Source of the DNA: Senegalimassilia sp.
GTDB taxonomy: Bacteria > Actinomycetota > Actinomycetes > Actinomycetales > Bifidobacteriaceae
DNA length: 64,000 bases
NCBI GenBank assembly: GCA_963619615.1
Contig: CAVEXE010000005.1
Span: 21,647 to 85,646, forward strand
Reading direction: 5' to 3'
Shown one piece after another: positions 53,209 to 62,239 of this stretch. The notes beneath the pieces are model-generated. The model saw nothing but the letters and a program-made list of their open reading frames with translations. It had not been told where the DNA came from and made no database searches. The first letter of the stretch is position 1. Each line of letters opens with the position of its first letter. The position numbers and the translations under genes were made by a program.

Positions 53209-54426
53209 ATGAAGCTGCAGGACACCGGACTGACGTTCGAAGACATCAAGGGCAAGGTCGACACCTACATGGTCGAAACCTACGAGCGTTTCGACTTCCT
53301 CGCCGACCACGCCAAGGGTGTCTATATGTATGACGAGAACGATACCCCGTATCTCGATTTCTACGCAGGCATCGCAGTGAACTCCGTCGGCAACTGCAAC
53401 GAGAAGGTGGTCGAGGCCGTGCAGGATCAGGCCGCCACCTTGATGCAGACCTTCAACTATCCGTACACCATCCCGCAGGCGCTGCTCGCCGAGAAGATCT
53501 GTACTTCCATCGGCATGGACAAGATCTTCTTCCAGAACTCCGGCACCGAGTCGAACGAGGCCATGATCAAGATGGCCCGCAAGTACGGCGTCGAGAAGTA
53601 CGGTCCGAACAAGTACCACATCGTCACCGCCCGCGAATCCTTCCACGGCCGCACTTTCGGCGCCATGTCTGCAACCGGCCAGCCGGACAACGCATGCCAG
53701 ATCGGTTTCGGACCGATGACCGGAGGCTTCTCCTACGCGCCGTTCAACGATCTTGAGGCGTTCAAGGCAGCATGCAACGAGAACACCATCGCCATCATGG
53801 TCGAGCCTGTTCAGGGCGAAGGTGGCGTGCACCCGGCAACCCAGGAATTCCTGCAGGGCCTGCGTGAATTCTGCGATGAAAAGGGACTGCTGCTGCTGCT
53901 CGATGAAGTGCAGTCCGGCTGGGGCCGTACCGGTGCGCTCATGTCGTACATGAACTATGGCATCAAGCCCGACATCGTCTCCATGGCGAAGGCCATGGGC
54001 GGCGGCATGCCGATTGGCGCCATCTGCGCCACCAAGGAAGTCGCCGAAGCCTTCACCATGGGCTCCCACGGTTCCACTTTCGGCGGGCATCCGGTCTGCT
54101 GTGCGGCATCGCTTGCCGCGGTCACCGAAATCATCGACCGTGATCTGGCCGGCAACGCCAAGAAGGTCGGTGCCTATTTCATCGACAAGCTTTCCAAGCT
54201 GCCGCATGTCAAGGAGGCCCGCGGCCAAGGCCTGTTCGTCGGCGTCGAATTCGACGGCAGCGTCAACGCGGTCGACATCAAGCACGGCTGCCTCGACCGC
54301 AAGCTGCTCGTTACCGCCATCGGCAAGGACGTGGTCCGTATGGTACCGCCGCTGATCATCACCGAGGAGGACGCCGACAAGGCCGTGTCGATCATCGCGC
54401 AGACCGTCGAAGCATTGTCCGCGTGA
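53209..54426 (+). CDS. class III PLP-dependent aminotransferase (ArgD/omega-amino acid type)
   Basis: YLDFYAGIAVN, NSGTESNE, FHGRT, EPVQGEGG, DEVQSGWGRTG, MAKAMGGG (PLP lysine), HGSTFGG; RBS AAGGAG. Confidence 0.9.
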   Translation: MKLQDTGLTFEDIKGKVDTYMVETYERFDFLADHAKGVYMYDENDTPYLDFYAGIAVNSVGNCNEKVVEAVQDQAATLMQTFNYPYTIPQALLAEKICTSIGMDKIFFQNSGTESNEAMIKMARKYGVEKYGPNKYHIVTARESFHGRTFGAMSATGQPDNACQIGFGPMTGGFSYAPFNDLEAFKAACNENTIAIMVEPVQGEGGVHPATQEFLQGLREFCDEKGLLLLLDEVQSGWGRTGALMSYMNYGIKPDIVSMAKAMGGGMPIGAICATKEVAEAFTMGSHGSTFGGHPVCCAASLAAVTEIIDRDLAGNAKKVGAYFIDKLSKLPHVKEARGQGLFVGVEFDGSVNAVDIKHGCLDRKLLVTAIGKDVVRMVPPLIITEEDADKAVSIIAQTVEALSA

Positions 54427-54478
54427 CCCGGGCGAACCTACGGGAATCGTAACCACAACCAAGAAAGAGGGGAGCGGC

Positions 54479-55069
54479 ATGAAACACATGGTCATAACCA
54501 TCGGTTGCGAATACGGCGCCGGTGGCCCTGAAATCGGAAAGATGCTCGCCAAAGCGCTTGGCATCGAATACTACGACCGCGATCTCGTCGACAAGATCAT
54601 CAACGATCTCGACGTAGACAAGGAACTCGTCGAAAAGGCCGATAAGGGAGCGAACGTTCCCTACACGTTCGAAACGACGCTCGGCCCGCGCTACGCGAAC
54701 CTGACGAACAAGGTCATTTCCCTGCAGTATCAGGCCATGCATGAGATGGCCGAACGCTCGTCCTGCGTCATCATTGGCCGTAGCGCCAACTATCTGCTGC
54801 AGGACAGGGACGACCTGGTCAACATCTTCATCTACGCGCCGGAAGAGGAACGAGTCCGCGCGATCATGGAGAAGCAGTCCGTGAACGAGAAGCAGGCGAG
54901 GGAAATCGTCGGTTACAACGACGAGAAGAACCGCAGCAGGCATCAGTACATCACCGGTATGGACCGCGGCGATCGCAGACAGCGCGACATTCTGATCGAC
55001 AGCAGCATGCTCGGCTGGGAGAAAACCTGCCAGTATCTGCTGCTGCTTATCGAAATGATGAACGAATAA
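54479..55069 (+). CDS. cytidylate kinase-like family protein
   Basis: VITIGCEYGAGG degenerate P loop, YYDRDL, CVIIGRSANY, IFIYAP..ER, IDSSMLG. Confidence 0.85.
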   Translation: MKHMVITIGCEYGAGGPEIGKMLAKALGIEYYDRDLVDKIINDLDVDKELVEKADKGANVPYTFETTLGPRYANLTNKVISLQYQAMHEMAERSSCVIIGRSANYLLQDRDDLVNIFIYAPEEERVRAIMEKQSVNEKQAREIVGYNDEKNRSRHQYITGMDRGDRRQRDILIDSSMLGWEKTCQYLLLLIEMMNE

Positions 55070-55075
55070 CGGACG

Positions 55076-55110
55076 AAAGGGCCGTGGCTCGGGGGAGCTC
55101 GGTCCTTTTC
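55076..55110 (+). terminator. intra-operon hairpin before the permease-ADH fusion gene
   Basis: AAAGGGCCG..GCTC-GGGG-GAGC.CGGTCCTTTT. Confidence 0.45.
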
Positions 55111-55156
55111 CATTCTTGAACACCATCGCAGAGCTTACGTGAGGAAGGAACTTTCG

Positions 55157-57829
55157 ATGGAAACTCCAACTAAGAAAACATCAGAATTTAAGAAATCATT
55201 CAGTTCGCTCGACATCCTGATGATCGCCTTCGGCGCGATGATCGGTTGGGGATGGGTGGTCTCCACGGGCGATTGGATCGGAACCGCAGGCGTGATCGGC
55301 GCCATGCTCGGCTTCATCCTCGGCGGCGTGATGATCTTCTTCATCGGCATGACCTACGCCGAACTGACGCCGGCGATGCCTGAATGCGGCGGCGAACATG
55401 TGTTCAGCATGAGAGCCATGGGTCCGATCGGATCATTCGTCTGTACCTGGGCCATCATCCTCGGCTACGTGAGCGTCGTCTGCTTCGAGGCATGCGCGTT
55501 GCCGACCATCATCACCTACATCTGGCCGAGCTTCCTGCAGGGCTACCTGTATTCCGTGGCGGGATTCGACATCTACGCCACATGGCTGGGCACCGCCGTG
55601 CTGTTCGCGGTCTTCATCACCGTGATCAACATCATGGGTGCGCAGATCGCCGCCAAACTGCAGAACATCCTGACCATGTGCATCGGTGCCGCGGGCATCC
55701 TGCTGATCGCCGCGTCCGTTGTCACCGGTGACGTCTCCAACCTCGAGAACCAGCTGTTCGAAGGCTCCGGCATGGCCGGTATGATGTCGACCATTGTCAA
55801 GGTGGCGGCCATCAGCCCGTTCTTCTTCATCGGCTTCGACGTGATTCCACAGGCCGCGGAAGAGATCAACGTGCCGCTTAAGAAAATCGGCAAGATCCTC
55901 ATCCTCTCCATCATCCTGGGCACCAGCTTCTATGCGCTGGTCATCTTCTCCGTCGGCTATGTGATGACCGGAGACCAGATCGCGGCATCCAGCAGCGGAA
56001 CCGGTTTGGTGACCGCGGACGCCATGGCGGCGGCATTCCACAGCACCATCATGGCGAAGGTATTGATCCTCGCGGGTATGTGCGGCATCCTCACCAGCTG
56101 GAACTCGTTCATGATCGGCGGCAGCCGCGCCATGTACTCCATGGCCGAGTCCTACATGATCCCGCGTTTCTTCACCAAGCTCCATCCCAAGACCAACTCG
56201 CCGTACGTCGCGATCATCGTCGTCGGCGTGCTGAGCGTGCTCGCTCCGTTCGCCGGACGCAAGATGCTCGTGTGGGTCGTGGATGCAGGCAACTTCGGAT
56301 GCATCCTCGCGTATTGCATGGTCGCGCTGTCCTTCCTCATCCTGCATGTGAAGGAGCCGAACATGGTTCGCCCGTACCAGGTGAAGCACTGGAAGCTGGT
56401 CGGCGTAATCGCAGTGCTGATGTCCGGCATCATGATCATGCTGTACATCCTGCCCGGCACCGGCGTGACCCTGGCCCCGCAGGAATGGCTCATGGTCGCC
56501 GGATGGTCCGCGCTCGGCGTCGTGTTCTTCATCTTCAGCAAGCTGGTCTACAAAGACAAGTTCGGCTACTACGCACAGCTGTACGTCAGCGAATTGCACG
56601 ATGGGGCCGAGGAGGAGAAGGAAATCCCCGAATCCGCCACCGTCGTCAACCCCGCGGCCGCCGAAGCCAGCGTTCCGGACGAATGGTCCAACGGCTTCAA
56701 TTACTTCCTGCCGGTGAACCTCGTATTCGGCAAGGGCAAGGTGCAGGAGATCGGCAAGCTCGCATCCATGCACGGCTCCACCGCGATGATCGTCACGGGC
56801 GGCAACTCCGTGAAGGCCAACGGCACCTACGACAAGGTCCGTGCGCTGCTTGAAGAAGCCGGCATGACCACCGTGCTCTTCGACAAGGTCACGCCGAATC
56901 CGTTGACCACCACCGTTGACGAAGGCGGCAGAATCGCCAAGCAGCAGCATGTCGATGTGGTGATCGGCCTCGGTGGCGGCAGCGCCATGGACTCCGCCAA
57001 GGGCATCGCGTTCATGGCCGAGAACGAGGGCGGCGTCAGCGAATACATCTATGGCGAACGCGCCTCCAGCAAGGCATTGCCGCTCATTCTCGTGCCGACC
57101 ACCTTCGGCACCGGATCCGAAGCCAACGGCTTCTCCGTCATGACCAATCCGGCCAACGGCGACAAGAAGTCGCTGCGCAGCCCGGCACTCGTGGCGACCG
57201 CGTCCATCGTCGACCCTGACCTGATGCGCACCATGCCGAGCAGCGTAATCGCAGCCAACGGATGCGACATGCTGTGCCACTGCATCGAGGCGTACACCGC
57301 CAACAACGCCCAGCCGTTCACCGACGCCCTCGCACTGTATGCGATCCCGCTCATCGCCAACAACATCGTGAGCCTGTACCGCGGCGAGGGAACCGACGAA
57401 CAGTGGGCCAAGGTCTGCCTTGCGGGCACCATCGGAGGCATGATCATCAACACGGCGGGAGTCGGCCTGGGCCATGCCATGGAACACCCCGTCAGCGGAC
57501 TGAAGAACGTCACCCACGGCAAGGGTCTGGCCGCCATCGAACCGGCCACCATCGAAGCGACCTACCAGTACAACCGCTTCAAGTACGGCCGCATCGCAAG
57601 GGTGCTGGGAGGCTTCACCGCAGAGGATTGCGCTCCGCGAATGAAAACCCTGCTGCGCGATCTCGACCTCGACGTGACCCTGAGCGACCTGGGCATCGAG
57701 AAGAAGGACATTCCGTGGCTCGCCCAGAACACCCACAAGGTCTCTCCCGGAAACCTCGTGAACACGCCGGGCTCCAAGCTCGTCACATCCGAGGAATCCC
57801 TGGAGAAACTGTACGAGGCCATGCTCTAA
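55157..57829 (+). CDS. fusion protein: APC family amino acid permease (N-terminal) + iron-containing alcohol dehydrogenase (C-terminal)
   Basis: GAMIGWG, YAEL.PAMPECGG, FIGFD, AEE, SRAMYSMA and about 12 TMs up to about nt 56560; acidic linker; then FNYFLPVNLVFGKG, GLGGGSAMDSAK, PTTFGTGSE, DMLCHCIE, GHAMEH, THG. One uninterrupted frame. Confidence 0.9.
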   Translation: METPTKKTSEFKKSFSSLDILMIAFGAMIGWGWVVSTGDWIGTAGVIGAMLGFILGGVMIFFIGMTYAELTPAMPECGGEHVFSMRAMGPIGSFVCTWAIILGYVSVVCFEACALPTIITYIWPSFLQGYLYSVAGFDIYATWLGTAVLFAVFITVINIMGAQIAAKLQNILTMCIGAAGILLIAASVVTGDVSNLENQLFEGSGMAGMMSTIVKVAAISPFFFIGFDVIPQAAEEINVPLKKIGKILILSIILGTSFYALVIFSVGYVMTGDQIAASSSGTGLVTADAMAAAFHSTIMAKVLILAGMCGILTSWNSFMIGGSRAMYSMAESYMIPRFFTKLHPKTNSPYVAIIVVGVLSVLAPFAGRKMLVWVVDAGNFGCILAYCMVALSFLILHVKEPNMVRPYQVKHWKLVGVIAVLMSGIMIMLYILPGTGVTLAPQEWLMVAGWSALGVVFFIFSKLVYKDKFGYYAQLYVSELHDGAEEEKEIPESATVVNPAAAEASVPDEWSNGFNYFLPVNLVFGKGKVQEIGKLASMHGSTAMIVTGGNSVKANGTYDKVRALLEEAGMTTVLFDKVTPNPLTTTVDEGGRIAKQQHVDVVIGLGGGSAMDSAKGIAFMAENEGGVSEYIYGERASSKALPLILVPTTFGTGSEANGFSVMTNPANGDKKSLRSPALVATASIVDPDLMRTMPSSVIAANGCDMLCHCIEAYTANNAQPFTDALALYAIPLIANNIVSLYRGEGTDEQWAKVCLAGTIGGMIINTAGVGLGHAMEHPVSGLKNVTHGKGLAAIEPATIEATYQYNRFKYGRIARVLGGFTAEDCAPRMKTLLRDLDLDVTLSDLGIEKKDIPWLAQNTHKVSPGNLVNTPGSKLVTSEESLEKLYEAML

Positions 57830-57855
57830 GCGCCGAACGCTAAGAACGCCGATTC

Positions 57856-57903
57856 ATAGGGGTGTGTTGTTCCGTCGATACCATCGGAACAACACACCCC
57901 TAT
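57856..57903. terminator. bidirectional terminator hairpin closing the aminotransferase operon
   Basis: ATAGGGGTGTGTTGTTCCG ... CGGAACAACACACCCCTAT. Confidence 0.8.
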
Positions 57904-57962
57904 TCGTCATATGAGTCGCATACGCAAAGAATCACACGCAAAAGATGTATGGGACCGTCGAA

Positions 57963-58958
57963 CTACAGTTCGAACACACGCCTGATGAAGCCCTCCACCT
58001 TACGCCAATAAACATCAGGAGCCACACCCGCGCTCTCCATATGATTGGCACCGGGAACCAGCAGCTTCTCGCGGTCCATGCTCGCGCAGGCATTGTAATT
58101 GATCTCAAGGAACCGCGGATTGACCATATGATCATCCCCGCCATGAATGAACAGCATCGGAATGACCGCACGCCTCAACGACTTCACGCACGACGCCTCC
58201 GTGAAATCATATCCGGCACGCCACTTGCAGATAAGCCCTGCGGTATCCACACAGGCGGCGGCGAGCGGACGAGGAAGATGGAACATGGTACGGGCGCTGT
58301 CGATAAACGCGGAACGAACCGACGTATAGCCGCTATCCTCAATGGCCGCGACCACATTACGAGGCAACCTCGGATCCCCGACCGTCATCATCACAGTCGT
58401 CGCACCCATCGACCCGCCATACAGCAGAATGCGGGCCTGGCTATCACTGGAAACGATCAAATCGATCCAATCCAACAAATCGTTACGCTCCAGCCAACCC
58501 ATACCGACGTAACGACCCTCGCTCAAATCCGCCGTCCTCTGCGACGGCGCAAGCACGGTGAACCCCAAGCGCGCATACCGGTGCGCCCACACCGCGGTCT
58601 CCTCCGCATGCCCCGTATACCCATGCATGCAAATCGCGTACAAATGAGGTTCGGGATCAACGCAATCCGGATCAAACAGCCAGCCGTGCAATTTCAAACC
58701 ATCCCCGTTCGTCATCGTCACGGGCTGTTTGGTCTGCTCGAACCAGGCGGAAGCCTCCGCAGCCGGTCCGGAACTCATCTTCTCATAACGATCCGGCGCG
58801 ATTATATCCTGATGGAAAATGGAATGCTTCCACTTGGTATCAAGAGCGAAATGGAACAGAACACCGGCGCTCGCCGCCACGATTCCGGCGAATACCGCCA
58901 CGGAGGTACCGGTGGCGATACGTATGTTGCGGACGATATCGGAATGGTTTTGCTTCAT
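57963..58958 (-). CDS. alpha/beta hydrolase with N-terminal membrane anchor
   Basis: HGY oxyanion motif, GGSMG nucleophile elbow, IEDSGY, FIHGGDD, GANH. Confidence 0.88.
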   Translation of the reverse strand: MKQNHSDIVRNIRIATGTSVAVFAGIVAASAGVLFHFALDTKWKHSIFHQDIIAPDRYEKMSSGPAAEASAWFEQTKQPVTMTNGDGLKLHGWLFDPDCVDPEPHLYAICMHGYTGHAEETAVWAHRYARLGFTVLAPSQRTADLSEGRYVGMGWLERNDLLDWIDLIVSSDSQARILLYGGSMGATTVMMTVGDPRLPRNVVAAIEDSGYTSVRSAFIDSARTMFHLPRPLAAACVDTAGLICKWRAGYDFTEASCVKSLRRAVIPMLFIHGGDDHMVNPRFLEINYNACASMDREKLLVPGANHMESAGVAPDVYWRKVEGFIRRVFEL

Positions 58959-59249
58959 TGCTGCCTCGATTCCCGCCTGTCGGCGTTGATTGCTTCCGCC
59001 TACGATTGTACGTGGTGCGGGCGCGCAGCGGACATCGGTTTCGTGTTGCGCCCGCGGTTATGCGCAAGCCTGTTGAAAGTAGCGTCGGCATTGGCGATGT
59101 CAATGCCGTCTGTATACTGGATGACTGTTGTCTTGGCGAGGGAGGTTCCGCCTCCGTAATCGACTCGGCGCGTGAATGCACTCCTTGTGCGTCCTCACGG
59201 CTCGTTGATGCGCCGAAACAGAAGAACGAATATCAAGGAGATATTGATT

Positions 59250-59822
59250 ATGGCTACCACCATTACCCTCGAGGGTGAAGTCCGCAACGAATTCGGTAAG
59301 GGCGCTGCACGCCGTATGCGCGTCGCCAAGCTCATCCCGGCCACCGTGTATGCGGGCGGCGAGGCTCCGGTCTTCGTGCAGCTGCCGATGAAGGAGACCA
59401 CCCTGGCTCTGCGCCACACCAACGCTCTGTTCACAATCAAGTTCGGCGATCAGACCAAGATGGCCGTCGTCAAGGATGTTCAGCGCAACCCGGTCAAGCG
59501 CATCGTCGAGCACGTTGACTTCTACGAGGTCAAGGCCGGCGAGAAGATCGACGTCGAGGTGCCGGTGTTCGTTGAAGGCGCTCCGAAGGGTGCCGCCGTC
59601 GCATTCGTCGACATTCAGGAGCTCAAGGTTCGCGCCGACGTGGCCAACCTGCCGGAGAAGATCGTTGTCAACGTCGACGGCCTGACCGACGGCGCCAAGG
59701 TCTTCGCCAAGGACGTCGTTCTGCCGGAAGGCGTCGAGCTCGACGTTGAGGATCCGGAAGAGTCCGTCGTCTCCGTCGTGGTGCCGGAAGACGCCGCTGC
59801 CGAGGCTCCGGCCGCTGAGTGA
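59250..59822 (+). CDS. rplY: 50S ribosomal protein L25 / general stress protein Ctc
   Basis: GKGAARRMR, IPATVY, KDVQRNPV...HVDF; RBS AAGGAG. Confidence 0.95.
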   Translation: MATTITLEGEVRNEFGKGAARRMRVAKLIPATVYAGGEAPVFVQLPMKETTLALRHTNALFTIKFGDQTKMAVVKDVQRNPVKRIVEHVDFYEVKAGEKIDVEVPVFVEGAPKGAAVAFVDIQELKVRADVANLPEKIVVNVDGLTDGAKVFAKDVVLPEGVELDVEDPEESVVSVVVPEDAAAEAPAAE

Positions 59823-59856
59823 ACTCAGTTCTCTGACTGACGAATCTCGAGTCTGG

Positions 59857-59905
59857 AAAACGTAAGAGTCCACGTGTGGTTGCACGCGTGGACTCTTACG
59901 TTTTT
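59857..59905 (+). terminator. intrinsic terminator after rplY
   Basis: AAAACGTAAGAGTCCACG ... CGTGGACTCTTACGTTTTT. Confidence 0.85.
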
Positions 59906-60059
59906 CGCCGGAAATCATGCCATCTCATATCGCGAACGCAAGTAATCGAAAAGCAATCGCTGTGTGAGAGAGTACATACCAGAAACCGGTGCCACAAGCG
60001 CCGAAAACACAATAACCGCATGCCGTTCAACACGGCTGATGCAACAGAAGAAGTTAGAA

Positions 60060-61187
60060 ATGACTGAACAGAATCATCATGATCCGGCGGAGCTGGACAA
60101 GCTCACCGACAAGTTCACCGTGCTTCCGAACGAAAACCCGGCATCCGACGCCAAGCGCGCCGAACTCATCGACAAGCCGGCTTTCGGACAGCTGTTCTCC
60201 GACAACATGGCCCACATGACCTGGACCAAGGGAGAAGGTTGGGGAGACCGCCGTATCGAGCCGTACGCGCCGCTGAAGATGGATCCGGGCGCATCCGTGC
60301 TGCATTACGCCCAGGAATGCTTCGAAGGCCTGAAGGCATACCGTCATGCCGATGGCTCCACCTGGCTGTTCCGTCCGGATGCGAACGCCGAACGTTTCCA
60401 GAATTCCGCAAAGCGTCTGTACCTGCCGGAACTGCCGATCGACGACTTCATCGGTTCCGTGGCCGCGCTCGTCAAGCGCGATGTGAACTGGGTTCCGACC
60501 CGTCGCGAATACACCCTGTACATGCGTCCGTTCATGTTCGCATCCGAACCGTTCCTTGGAGTGCGCGCCCCGCATGAGGTGGATTACTGCGTGATCGCAT
60601 CCCCGTCCGGCCCGTACTTCCCGGGCGGCGTGAAGCCGGTCAGCATCTGGGTTGAAGACAAGTGGTTCCGTACCGGTCCTGGCGGCACCGGCTTCGCCAA
60701 GTGTGGCGGCAACTACGCGGCCTCGCTGCTCGGTGAGTACACCGGTATCGACCATGGCTGTGAGCAGGTTTGCTTCGTTGACGCCGCGACCAAGACCTAT
60801 CTCGAGGAGCTCGGCGGCATGAACATGATGGTCGTGCACAGGGACGGCCATGTTGAAACCCCGTCCCTGACCGGCAACATCCTGCCGGGCGTGACCCGCC
60901 GCTCCCTGATCCAGCTCATCCAGGACAACGGCCATGACGTGGTCGAGACCATGATCGCGCTGGACCAGCTGCTCGAAGACATCAAGTCCGGCGAGGTCAC
61001 CGAGGTGTTCGCCTGCGGCACCGCCGCCATCATCACCCCGATCGGCCGTTTCAAGTCCGAGAAGTTCGATGTGACCGTGGCCGATGGCGGTTCCGGCGAG
61101 TTCACCGTGAACCTGCGCAACCAGCTGCTGGGCATTCAGCTCGGCGAGATCGAGGACCCGCACAACTGGATGTGGAAGGTTTGCTGA
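60060..61187 (+). CDS. ilvE: branched-chain amino acid aminotransferase
   Basis: LHYAQECFEGLKAY, LYMRP, AKCGGNYA, EELGGMN, ILPGVTR, FACGTAA. Confidence 0.96.
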   Translation: MTEQNHHDPAELDKLTDKFTVLPNENPASDAKRAELIDKPAFGQLFSDNMAHMTWTKGEGWGDRRIEPYAPLKMDPGASVLHYAQECFEGLKAYRHADGSTWLFRPDANAERFQNSAKRLYLPELPIDDFIGSVAALVKRDVNWVPTRREYTLYMRPFMFASEPFLGVRAPHEVDYCVIASPSGPYFPGGVKPVSIWVEDKWFRTGPGGTGFAKCGGNYAASLLGEYTGIDHGCEQVCFVDAATKTYLEELGGMNMMVVHRDGHVETPSLTGNILPGVTRRSLIQLIQDNGHDVVETMIALDQLLEDIKSGEVTEVFACGTAAIITPIGRFKSEKFDVTVADGGSGEFTVNLRNQLLGIQLGEIEDPHNWMWKVC

Positions 61188-61366
61188 TTCGTACAGCTGA
61201 TTAGTGCCATATGATGGGCGCCGGAGAGGTGGAGGATTCCGCTTTTCCGGCGTTTTTCGTCATATTGGCAACGATTCATGTTTGGTTTCCCTTCATGATT
61301 CCGGGCGATGTTCCGCCCCGGCAAGGAAGATGGTAGGCTCTCTTTGGTCGTTGGATTGGAGGGATT

Positions 61367-62113
61367 ATGGAAGTGGCGCTGGAAAGCAATGATTTCCTCA
61401 TGGGCGTCGAATATCTGGCCACCTTCTGCTGCGGTATGGTGGGAGGCCTTGCAGCGGTGCGCAAGGGATATGACATTTTCGCGATTCTTGTCACCACATG
61501 GCTGACCGCATTGGGAGGTGGCATAATCCGCGATGTGCTTCTGGGTGTGGTGCCGCCGGTCGGTGTTTCCGACAAAGGCTTGGTGATCACCGCATTGCTG
61601 GCCTCCATCACCGTCGCGGTCATCCATCCGGAAATCAACAGGCTGAAATGGTCGATGCTCGCTCTGGACGCCTTGGCCTTGGGACTATATGCGGTGAACG
61701 GCACATCGAAGGCGATGATGTACCACATGTCCGGAACCACGGCGGTGTTCCTTGGCATGTTCACGGCTCTCGGTGGAGGTCTGATTCGGGATATGCTCAT
61801 CAACGAGGTGCCGATGGTGATTCGAGACAGACATTGGTATGCGGTGCCATCCATCGTCGGATGCGTGCTGACTGTGCTGGTGTGTAAAGGCGTCGATGCC
61901 GGAGTCGTGGGATTCGCCGCCGAAGTGACGCTTGACGTGCTGATCGTCGTTCTTATGGTCGCCATGAGGCTGCTGTCCGTCATATTCGACATTCAGCTGC
62001 CAGGTGCTCTCGTACGGCATAATACATATCTGCCGGGGGAGTCTCGTTATCTGAAACGTCCGGTCATCCATCCCGACTCCAGGGATGACAAATCCGATGA
62101 TGGCCGCAGTTAG
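61367..62113 (+). CDS. trimeric intracellular cation channel family (UPF0126) membrane protein
   Basis: Two repeats TALGGGIIRD / TALGGGLIRD; about 7 TMs. Confidence 0.88.
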   Translation: MEVALESNDFLMGVEYLATFCCGMVGGLAAVRKGYDIFAILVTTWLTALGGGIIRDVLLGVVPPVGVSDKGLVITALLASITVAVIHPEINRLKWSMLALDALALGLYAVNGTSKAMMYHMSGTTAVFLGMFTALGGGLIRDMLINEVPMVIRDRHWYAVPSIVGCVLTVLVCKGVDAGVVGFAAEVTLDVLIVVLMVAMRLLSVIFDIQLPGALVRHNTYLPGESRYLKRPVIHPDSRDDKSDDGRS

Positions 62114-62183
62114 ACGCTGATACGTTCGGAGAACTGGATTACTCAACGGAGGGACAAGAGAACAAAAGCTCCTGAAACGATAA

Positions 62184-62215
62184 GAGGCTCCGCAAGACGA
62201 ATCTTGCGGAGCCTC
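62184..62215. terminator. hairpin between the convergent UPF0126 gene and rpsT
   Basis: GAGGCTCCGCAAGA-CGAA-TCTTGCGGAGCCTC. Confidence 0.75.
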
Positions 62216-62239
62216 GATAAGCTGTGAGCTTTATAAAAC

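Noticed and set aside
53209..54426. Calling the aminotransferase argD
   Set aside because: Family motifs fit, but the context (PucR, permease, ADH, no arg genes) points to catabolism, so no symbol was given.
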